A DNA stretch of 63,065 nt, the filler included, from Platydemus manokwari (taxonomy: Eukaryota), in the NCBI GenBank assembly GCA_037951405.1. It is 6 parts of 6 records of this genome, joined end to end, with 100 filler letters (N's around TTAATTAATTAA, not from the genome) between each part and the next. Parts side by side here need not be neighbours in the genome. Positions count along the whole stretch, not along the records: positions 11,030 to 21,856 come from JBBMOY011103109.1; positions 21,957 to 33,986 come from JBBMOY010336670.1; 4 more parts are not named here. The stretch is one strand, 5' to 3'. Each line of letters begins with the position of its first letter. Positions within the stretch are counted from its first letter, which is position 1. The notes beneath the pieces are model-generated. The model was given only the letters and a program-made list of their open reading frames with translations. It searched no databases and had not been told where the DNA came from. The translations under genes were made by a program, and so were the position numbers. Positions 14,030 to 24,350 of the stretch are shown piece by piece.

Positions 14030-14400
14030 ACTCAATAAGCACATGTGCCGTAAACCAATCAGATTCATTCTAATGTCAATCCATATTTAATAGGAAAGAA
14101 TAGACAGGCACTTGCCTGAAAACGGCAGCAAGCCCAAAAATCGTCCAACAGTACGAGAGATTTAAGGAAAATCCACAAACAAATTCAGCGAATTGAAAAC
14201 GAAGATCAATGACATAAAGCAGAGACACCGGATGGGTCTATAAAAGAGGTTAAATTCCATAGTCGGTAACTTTAGTGCTTAGCTTATGTGTGATTTTCGT
14301 AATCAGTCTTTTTGAATACTCTTCATTCTGTTTTTGACTTTCAGACGTGATCCCATCTTGAATGATTTTCTTTGTGAATTGCGTAGAGGTTTGTTATTGT
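14030..14400 (+). repeat. LTR-like dispersed repeat (copy 1; inverted relative to 18880-19275)
   Basis: Shares blocks with the reverse complement of 18880-19275: CACATGTGC..AACCAATCAGATTCATT, GACAGGCAC, GTACGAGAGAT, GAAAACGAAGATC, TATAAAA, CATTCTGTTTTTGACTTTC. Contains CCAAT and TATA motifs. Confidence 0.7.
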
Positions 14401-17400
14401 TATTATTGAGATTTTGAGTGTATTATTTTGGTTAATACAGATTTGTAGATCCAAAGCGTTGTTTGATAACGCAACACTTCTCAAATCGCCTAATATTTAT
14501 TTTGATTTATATACTCACTATTTTTGGAATTATACTTATCATTCTCATTGAAAATATTATTAATTATCTTTTTTTTTACTTTGATCTATTTTTACCTTTT
14601 ATTTTATTTATATTTATAATTGTGCTCTTGATCTGGTTCATTATTACGATTCCCATATTTCTTTATTTATTGGATCTATTAAATTCGTGGTAAAGTATTT
14701 GATGGATTGTTTAGTAACGATCTTTTGGTAGTGGATAACTCAACAATGTCCTGCAATAAATGGTAATATCGGTGGTTACGTTCAGAGTAATAATAAATAA
14801 AGGAATCGGATCAAAGTAGATTGAGATTTGTTTTAATACAGTTCTGCGCTCAACCCAATATGTTAGTTTGTTTACATTATAACCAATAAACCTTAAAAAT
14901 TGATTTACTAAAACCCAAATCACTTATACGACTAAAAATATAATACTGATGCCTTTCAAAGGTTTATTTCATTTAGTTATCTAAAAAAATGAAAGGGAAT
15001 CTGAGATCGATTCTACCTATAATGCTTTCAATGACTAAAATTATCAACTTTAACAATATTTTTAATAAATAAATAATCGATATTTTTTATTATTAATAAT
15101 AGCTGATCAACACATTTAAATAATTTATGCTTTGAATATAAGTCGCCACTATTCGTAGGTGGATTTTAATTAGTTGGGTTTTAGTTCTCATTAGATCTTT
15201 CTTGTTTAGACTTTAAATTCATTGAAAATTATTTATGATTGATCTTTGGTGGCCTTTGAAACTTTTGTTAAGAATGAAAACAATTTAAATCAATAAAACC
15301 ATCATCAATATTTATAAACCAATAATCTCATGTTCATCAATAAATGTAACGAGAAATCAAATCACGTCTGCAAACATTGGAACAGTTTCATTTTATGCAA
15401 AAGTATTTAAAGTTAGCAGGAAATCATTTTAAAATCCAAATCAATGCGAGGTGATTGACGGAAGCAAAAACAATATATTAAACCTACAGGATATGGAACC
15501 TTTTAAAATTTATTGGCGTTGGTAATTAAATCTTTTAAAAAACTTTTAAACAAGCTTGGAGTAAATAAAAAACTGAAAATATAGTCGACAGTGGGAATTA
15601 AATCTCTTAAACATCGTGGAAAACTCTAAGAGAATAATATTATCAATTTTTAATGAAATTTTAAAAACTTAAATCGGGCTTTAAATTTAAAATTTAAAAT
15701 AAAACAACGAAACAAGTTAAATGTGAAACGTAACAATAAAATACCATGAATATCAAAACGTGTAAACAATAAATGTTTACGTTATATGCCTTACGAAAAT
15801 AAATGAAATTACCATATCAACCTAAGTTGTTACTATGGCAATTCATATATTATTAAGATAAACTTTTTAAAACCAATCAATCACATACAGGTTAAGCGTG
15901 AAAAGAAATTCTATAAGTTCAATTATCAAATCACAATAATTTGCGCAAATAGTAAGAGCTGTCTTCGAATCAACAATCAATCATAAGCAAATTTTATAAT
16001 AGATGTCATAATAATGCTCATTATGGAATTATTAACCATTTACAAACCGGTCAAAGTTCTTAAAGAACCTTAGACATCGTTCTAACTTACTTATTCTTAG
16101 ACTTTCTTTTCACTCCAGATTATGCTGCATTTGTTCTTAACATTGATTGTTCAATCCTTCAATGGAAGTCAGGTGATACACAAAATTTAATACATCTCAC
16201 AATAGCTATCATATCGTTACGATATTATTATTTATGCTCTAATAAGTCCATGTGAATTATTTTAAATCAGCTTGAGTGGAATAATTTGATTGTAACATCT
16301 TCTAAAAGACTCTTGAGAAAAAACCATTTTGAGTTATGTAATCATATATGAACTGAATTTTAGAGGCAGTTCCATAATTGGCATTTTCTTACTATTTTTG
16401 AAGTTTTACGAGTACAGAGAGCAGGTTGTTGATGATAGTCCGCAAATTTGAGAAGACAATTTTGATACTGTTGATGATATTGTTCCAAATGAAGTTTATT
16501 TCGGGAGACTAAGCGTTGAACTTGAAGCTTTTAAAATAATGTTTATCTGGAGCTTTTCCTTTAGTTTGCCTACCGAGAGTTGGTTATGATTGAAGACGAA
16601 TATGAGGTTGATGTTGCTGTTGATAATTGTCCACGAGTATAGAGTGATAGTTGGTATAATGTTATGAAGATTGATTTATTGCTCGACTCTATAGTTCGAT
16701 TTGGACTTATCGTATTATCAAAGATCACAAAATTATGGAAACCAATCTATGTTTTTTTCTTGATCATCAGTGAAGGTGCTCAAACGTAGTTAGTTAAAGG
16801 CTGTGTGAATAACTAAATGCTTTTCGCGATTATGTGATTGTCGTGCTTTATTCTTTAATCCGAAACATTCAAATTTTTGGTGACCAACTAGCAGTACTAA
16901 ACAATGCACATATCTACAAGAATTTTGGCTTTGAATTTGAGTCATGCACACCACGAGCCATATAGACCTGAGCCATAATGAGCTCTTATAAAGCCAATTG
17001 TTTAAAAATTGACTTCAGAAATAATACCTTTATTGGATATGATTGAATATTAATAGCAACCAATAATTTACAAAAATAATGGATTAGAATTAGAGATCTC
17101 ACATGAAAATTTTTTGTCCAGAGTTTAATTTAAATTTTTACCAATTTTCTGAACTTATGAAAATTTTACCATTGAAGTTGTAGTTTTTTAAGGAAAACCA
17201 GGTGAATCAGATACATAAAATTACACACAACACACAAAAATACCAATGAGAACTAATCAATAACAATTCCAATATTTTACAATTTATTTCATATATTTGA
17301 TTTCGTGTCGAATCAAACTTCATAAAATTATCAATAATATGGAACGGCAAGATACAACCAGTTAACCGATGACGTATTATTCGATAAAAATAGAACGATT

Positions 17401-17519
17401 TACAATGACAAACTAGATAATTATTGAAAGAAATAAAAGTCATGATACGGGATAATAATCATCACAGACACCATCTCAACTTTCATCCAAACCATCAAAA
17501 CTGGTTTGGTTCCAAAATT

Positions 17520-18433
17520 TTAAATATCTAATTTCCTTTTCTTACGAATATTATCGGAATCTTCAATGATTTTCGAATTGTATAAATATTCATGATTTTC
17601 TGAATCGAATTGTCTCTTTAAATTGGTCCTTGATGAATTGATTTCCACCAATGATTGATTGGTGATTGTTTTATAAGAATCTTTGAGCATTCTTCTATTT
17701 GGTGGTAATTGGCCAAATTTATCGATTGTCGTAAAACCAGAAGAATATCCACTAGAATCATTAGAATTATCAAATCTGGTGTTTTTCGTCCACATTCCAT
17801 TAGATTCACTGATTACTTGATGTGGGACGTGGTTGCCATAGATATGACCGAATTGGTTATTTGTGTTGGAATTATATCTCAATTGATATTGTTGTGCATA
17901 TTGGTGATGATAAACATTATTATTGATTGATGGAAAAGTTGGTCGAACGTTGCCATAACAATTGCCATGGAATCCATTATAATACTGATAATTGAATGGA
18001 TATGAGTGATTATTGACCAAGATCATATTGGCCTCATTAAAAGTATTATCATTCTGTAATCCACCATAGAGAATGCCATCATCGATTTCTAAAATAGACA
18101 ATCATATACAGTGAAATTTGTTGAAATAAAATTAACCGTTTGATTCCAAAAAGCATTCATCTAAATTGATTTCATCATTTGAATCAAAATTTTCATGATC
18201 ACTACAATTTCTTTCAATAGAACGTAATGTTTCTTCCACTTCTTTACTATTCAAGAAATCTAAAATTAAAACAGAGATTTTTCCCCTCAATATCTAATCA
18301 TTAAAACAAACTTGATGGATCGATAAATAGGTCCAATTTTGGCAACTCATATAGGTATTGATTATTCTATTAACGTAATAATCAATAAATTATCATAATA
18401 ATCAATAAGTAAAAATATAACAATTGGTTCCAT
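17520..18433 (-). CDS. Acidic-repeat family paralogue B, complete (252 aa): acidic N-terminus, N/Q/Y/H-rich low-complexity middle, C-terminal NLS-like motif
   Basis: Exons 18433-18422 (12 nt), 18366-18312 (55), 18259-18137 (123), 18088-17520 (569) total 759 nt and stay in frame: MEPI|NNQYLYELPKLDLFIDPSN|FLNSKEVEETLRSIERNCSDHENFDSNDEINLDECFLESNE|IDDGILYGG...YQYYNGFHGNCYGN...HHQYAQQYQLRYNSN...KRQFDSENHEYLYNSKIIEDSDNIRKKRKLDI*. Confidence 0.82.
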
Positions 18434-18879
18434 TGATGTACTGAATGAATTCTGATATCAAATGTATTTATAATAAAGTATTAACTAATAAAAAAAATCA
18501 ATAAAATAAATATTATGACATAATTTTTAAATTAGTCGAAAAAACAATTTTTTGCCTTTGAATTTCTCAAATTTTATAAAAACAGATGAGAGTCGGGACG
18601 TTAATCTAACATTGTAATAAATCGATGCTGATGTACTCATCGAAATAATTTCTGATATATTTAATTATGGTTGACAACAAAATTCCAATAAATTCTCCAT
18701 AGTAACCAAATCAATTATGTAATACAGTGTAATAAAATCAATAATTTTTATTGATTTTTTTAGTTTCAGGTAGAAATTTGAATAACAAATCTTGAATATA
18801 CCAGTTGGATGTATTAATCAACAATTAGATCTGAAAGCTATGTTATCCAAAATATCACAATTGTAATCTTGACAACCAC

Positions 18880-19275
18880 AAACAAATCTTTTTACAACTC
18901 ACAATGGTCAATCACAAGACGGGATCAGCACCCGAAAGTCAAAAACAGAATGGAAATTAATAAAAAAGACTAATTACTAAAAATCACACAAAGACAAGCT
19001 TAACACGCGAGTTACCGATTAAAAAGACTGGCAATTATTCATGGAACTCTTTTATAAGCCTATTGGGTATGTCTGCTTGATGTCACGGATCTTCGTTTTC
19101 CATTTGCTGAATTCGTTCGTAGTCCGATTTACTTGAAATTTACCTCGCATCTCTCGTACCATTGGCGGATAATTGAGCTTGTTGCCATCTGTAGATATGT
19201 GCCTGTCGATTTTGCGTCTAAATATGGATTAATATTAAAATGAATCTGATTGGTTGACAGCACATGTGTTTATCG
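18880..19275 (-). repeat. LTR-like dispersed repeat (copy 2)
   Basis: Its reverse complement aligns with 14030-14400 over about 370 nt with moderate divergence. A shorter, more diverged piece lies at about 30150-30240. Confidence 0.7.
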
Positions 19276-20597
19276 GGTCTGATATGATGATTAGGTTTCT
19301 ATTGGCCACGACAAAATTTTTCTTTTTAATGTTGAAATATTTAACGAATTTAAATGGTATTTTTCGTTGATAATTTTGAAAATGATTTCAATGAAATTAA
19401 CTATAGTTAGTACGCTACACAATGAACTACTTTTTGAGCACTGATTTTTATCGATTTTTTTAATGTGACCTTATCATTAATTAATCTAATAGCCAAGTGA
19501 ACTATTCTATATAAGTTTTCGTACTCAATAATCATTTTCAAATAGCAATAAAACCTGCTGTATTTATTGGAAAAATTTATCTTAATTTTGAAATATAAAC
19601 AGTAAAAAAATAAATATGTGATACTCAAAAATACAAATATTATATATCTTGTGAGTTACACATTGTTAATCTCAACACGAAATACATTGATAGTCCAGAT
19701 TTATAGCCATTTTTACTTAATGAAATTAACTTATCAGACTTAATAAGAATTTACCAACATTAGCAACCCTTCTAATCGGACGAGCAATGATCGGCATGGA
19801 ACTTAACAGATATGAACTTAACCACATATAATATTACAGAACTAATCTCTAGGAAAGTCTCTAGCATTCTGGTGGGGAAAGTTATAGAATCTTATTCTGA
19901 CAAAGTTATTTTAAAATACAATTTTTATGAAATAAATATTTATTTATAACGTATTGCAAATCACATCCATCATTCAATAATGATATATAGTTGTTACTAC
20001 GGGCGACTGTTGCCTGTTACAAATGGAATTAGTTCCACATTAGTATATCTTTCACAACGATACTGACATAAATTTTATCCCAATTAATATTTATAAATAA
20101 AACGGTAGAAATTATTAGAAGGCTTCGAAATTAGACAAAACTTTGTCAATTCTACCCATCAGTTACCATAGGAAATTACCTTTAAATATTGCAGATGCTT
20201 AAATAAACTGAAATCAGTCAGTTCAATCACACTTCATTCAATACATGTACTTTGTAAACCAATACAGGAAGCACTTATTTTAATATGTTTTAAATCATGA
20301 ATATTTTCCATTTCATTGGTAAGGTTTGCAAGATTTTCTAGCTCTACCATGGTTTAACATAATTACTTTAATCACGGCATCGGGTGTGTTTAGAGTCTTC
20401 CAAAAACTAATAATAATAAAAGGGCTGGGTAAATTTACCAATACATGTTCTATATTATTCACTTATATTTTCAGATGATGTCTGTTAAACCTTAAAAATT
20501 CTCTGCGAATAATATTCATCTTTTAATATTCAACAATTCAATGAATATAAAAACCTCTGTAAAAGTTATTCTTTGTAAAGATAAATAGCGGTTTGAA

Positions 20598-20629
20598 AAA
20601 TTTCCCGCTTTTCTTGCGACCACCCTGTA
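20598..20629 (-). mobile_element. Lone Tc1/mariner-like terminal inverted repeat
   Basis: Minus strand reads TA|CAGGGTGGTCGCAAGAAAAGCGGG. TA followed by CAGGGTG is a typical Tc1/mariner end. No partner TIR found. Confidence 0.35.
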
Positions 20630-20992
20630 TATTAATAATATCACGAAGACGTCATCATTATTGTTGCTAATGGAAACTGTTGGTGTGATATAACTGATTT
20701 ATAAATTTGTAAGCCATTCAAATCACAAGTCGGGAAATGTTCTAAGTGAGCATATCATTTCTTAAAGGATATAAAATGAAAATAAGATTTTTCCCATGAT
20801 CCAATTAATGACCTAAAAGTTATTTAATATCGCTAAATTTTTAGAATACTAATAAGTCAATCAAATGTTTATTCTCCAAAACCAATCCCTCAAATTATTT
20901 GTCGACCGATCCCCACCGTTTCCTTAATTTTTTTTATTTAAAATTTCCTCATATAAATAACGAATTGATTTTCTCCAAAATACTAATCTGAA

Positions 20993-21827
20993 ATGTTAAA
21001 AACAGTAAATCAAGGACATTCAAAGACCTATTTTTAATAATTTTAAATTTTTCAGAAAAATTCTATCATAGCACCAAAGAAAAAGTCATCCGAATCTGAT
21101 ATTGTCGTTAGGGACTTTGATTCGTCAAGTATAAATTGATGAAACTAATTTGTAGATTTTTTTAATAATTTTGATATCGTTTCAGATTGTCTTACGCAAC
21201 AATATCTGGATGATACTTTTAAGGAAATATTTGGAGGTGAGAATGGAATGAGATTTTAATGGGTTTACTTTTTCTTAAATTATTTTAGATTTCGAAATTA
21301 ATCTTGATAAACGATCTCCAGATGCAAAAGGTAAAGATTCATTGAATTTGTAATAAAATGAGATTTAAATATTGATTATTCATGTAGAACTCGATGTCAT
21401 AGTTAATGATTCGTTCAATGACGAAATCAATTTCGATAATTTTCCTCAAGATTCCAAAGGTAAAATTTGATAATGTAACCGTAGATGAACAATTTGATAT
21501 TGGTTTATATTTCAGATCTCGGTGACACATTAAATAAACTATTAAATAATGGTTGATATAGTTTCAGGTTTGCTGACAGAACAAGAAGTTGAGGATGCTC
21601 TCAATAATATTTTTGGAGGTGTGTAGCATAAATGGGATTTATTATATTTACTATCACATACTATTTCAGATGAAATCAATCTTGATGAGTGCTTTCGGGA
21701 TTCACAAGGTAAATATTGTTGTGGAATGAGATTTAAATATTGATTCTTCTTTCAGAACTCGGTGATATATTCAGTGATCCATTAAATGATGATATCAATT
21801 TGGAAGAGTGCCTTCAAGATTCACATG
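20993..21827 (+). CDS. Micro-exon acidic-repeat gene, paralogue C (5' part; truncated at spacer)
   Basis: GT-AG exons 20993-21004 (12 nt), 21056-21128 (73), 21186-21236 (51), 21289-21330 (42), 21388-21459 (72), 21516-21521 (6, tentative), 21568-21618 (51), 21670-21708 (39), 21756-21827 (72). Translation: MLKT|KNSIIAPKKKSSESDIVVRDFDSSN|CLTQQYLDDTFKEIFGD|FEINLDKRSPDAKE|LDVIVNDSFNDEINFDNFPQDSKD|LG|LLTEQEVEDALNNIFGD|EINLDECFRDSQE|LGDIFSDPLNDDINLEECLQDSH. Confidence 0.82.
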
Positions 21828-21856
21828 GTAAACATTCTATGATATCCCATGAAATA

Positions 21857-21956
21857 NNNNNNNNNNNNNNNNNNNNNNNNNNNNNNNNNNNNNNNNNNNN
21901 TTAATTAATTAANNNNNNNNNNNNNNNNNNNNNNNNNNNNNNNNNNNNNNNNNNNN
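21857..21956. other. Artificial contig spacer
   Basis: 44N-TTAATTAATTAA-44N. Confidence 0.98.
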
Positions 21957-21960
21957 AAAA

Positions 21961-21964
<4 letters not shown>

Positions 21965-22021
<57 letters not shown>
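21965..22021. repeat. Compound (TA)n(TG)n microsatellite at contig start
   Basis: Directly visible. Confidence 0.95.
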
Positions 22022-22022
<1 letters not shown>

Positions 22023-22899
22023 TCGTGTGTTCGTGAAATCCAGGTAAATGTAAAGAAATAACTCAAAAAAAATAATACTTTATTTAAATCACGAAATAAA
22101 ATCAGCTAATCAGCTACGACAAATTAGCAAACCAACTGAAGCGTTAATTGGCAGAGAACAATCGATTAGTTGAATCAATTCAAAAATCGATTTCGGAAAT
22201 GAGCAAAAATAAATGTTTGATTAAAATTCTAAAGGCTCTTAATTAAAAATGATGCGAAATAGATAATTAAATGTCACTGAAATAAACGAATTGAAAACCA
22301 TTGTTAATTATAAAGAAATAATTTCAGAAATCAAAGTAATTGTCAATAATAATGACAGAATTATATTGATTATTAGTGTTGCCAGTGGTGCACTCCAAAA
22401 TGGTAACAACCTTAAATTTTCGATATTAAAATACGAATACAGCGGGTATGTGGATATTGCAATCATAGTACCGTCATTTGTGGTTTAACCCTGTCCCATG
22501 TAAGTATGTATGCGTGTGTGTCACTGTCCGAGGAAGGATTTCAAGGCAACATTGATGACAGGAAGGGATGCAAAAATATGATTTCTAGCGGATTTTGGCA
22601 TCAAAACATCAATAATTTATATGAGGGTAGGTCTCTCAAATATTAAACCATTATTAAACGAACCAAGCATCTTTGAAATTCGATTGTTGAGACACATAGA
22701 AGCTTTTTTATACTTTGGATTTGAAAGGGAATTAATAATTGGCATAATATCACGAAACAGATTCGAAATGTTAGGTGAAAAGACTCAGTTTTGATGAAAT
22801 CAATTATGGAATCGACTGAAAATCTGTCTCTATTAAAAATTGATGAATAGAGAGCACAATAACAAACGTTAACATTTCTCAAAATTCAAATGCTCAGTT

Positions 22900-24350
22900 C
22901 AAATTACAGATAGAATTAAGACAAAAATAACTTTTCAGCTTATAACCCGAATCAAAATTTAGGGATCGATTTCCTGGAATTTATCAGAAAAATCAATAAC
23001 TGGCATTAAACAGTTGAATTATTGGCTAAGAAAATCGAATCCAGAAGCAGATGCAGAACTGAGAGGGAATAAATACAAACGAAAACTACCCATTTATTGC
23101 ATGAAACACATTTTAAGAACACTATATAGCAGAACCAAAGATAAGAAATTTCAAGGCAGTTAGTGATAGTGGTCATTTTAGCCGATTTTCGTTCAGAAGC
23201 AAATGATTAATTTCCTGATGTCAAAGTCCATGATTTTAGAGAAATAATTTTTCACGGGCTGCTCATCAGATCAAAAAATTAACTACATTCACGGTGAAAA
23301 TGAGACTCAATACCCAAATTATGTGTTCATCACATATTCGATACAATAACCGACACAATTTCCAAAAATCGAGAAAACAAATTTTCCATTACACAACACA
23401 ATGAAAATCAACTCCGAACAACCATATCGACCAACACTCAACCAACATTATGATTTTTCTACTCGACTTCAATTCACTACCCAAACTCTACTCGAATTCC
23501 GAATGAAATTAATGCCTTACAGTTTAGCCAAAGTTCCATTTACTGAGCAATCTCTAGTATGCGTAGCCCTCCTCCTCCACACACAACTAGACCAGACACT
23601 AACTGTTGATGCAGCGCAACTGTTATCTATTTATCTCAAACAGTTCTCCGTTGCCAAATTGTATCATTCTGATCCTGCTCATTAAATATTGTCTTATTGA
23701 AGATATCAAAAATGGGCTCACCGGAATAAATTATCAAATTTTCAGCATTTTCTATCTCTTTCCAGATGCTTAAGCTTGACAGAAAGAGGTCTATACATCT
23801 ATGAAATCGACAACTCAGTATGGTATTCTATGCGCAGATTAAGATATTCTCACATATCTCAATTCCAATATATGACATCCTGTCAACCCAAACTTAAAGA
23901 AAAACTTAAAGTTCGTCAACAATTTCAACAAAAATCCACCACAATGCACTCACACAAAATATCCATTTCTACAAACACATTTTCCGACTTGGAATTTTCT
24001 AACCGAATTAAATGACGTCCCAGCAATATGAATTTAATATAAGATCCTAATAAATGTGTTCACAATTTCATCAATCTCCCAAATTATCCAGCAGAATAAT
24101 AGTAAATTCGAACGGTCTTCTTGATTCCCGCATCAATCTGCTCATTAACTCCCTACATCAAAAAATCAAAAGAAATCACAGCAAGTCTCAACATTCGGTG
24201 CTGCATCAACCATGGATTGTAGAAGCATTTCCCAACCAGTTTCAGGAATTACAGCAAAAAGCGATATTTACCTAATCAAATAAAGCTGATGTGAGGGATT
24301 TCCTACTGCCTAGTGAAGAACTTGTTAATGTTTAATAAATATTAGTTATT
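22900..24350 (+). mobile_element. Decayed 3' portion of a non-LTR retrotransposon (probably RLE-type, NeSL-like)
   Basis: The sense strand is strongly A/C-skewed and carries broken ORFs. It ends in the GATGTGAGG...TAATAAAT terminal motif shared with 11953 and 42479, the latter following an RLE-like C-terminus. The 5' boundary is approximate. Confidence 0.5.

Noticed and set aside
14463-14693. Hydrophobic 76-aa ORF as a membrane protein
   Set aside because: The I/L/F-rich translation is expected from T-rich low-complexity sequence next to an LTR-like repeat. It has a non-ATG start and no splice support.
21180-21830. Regularly spaced repeats as a CRISPR-like array
   Set aside because: The repeats are GT-AG-bounded in-frame exons and duplicated introns in a eukaryotic gene, and no cas genes are present.
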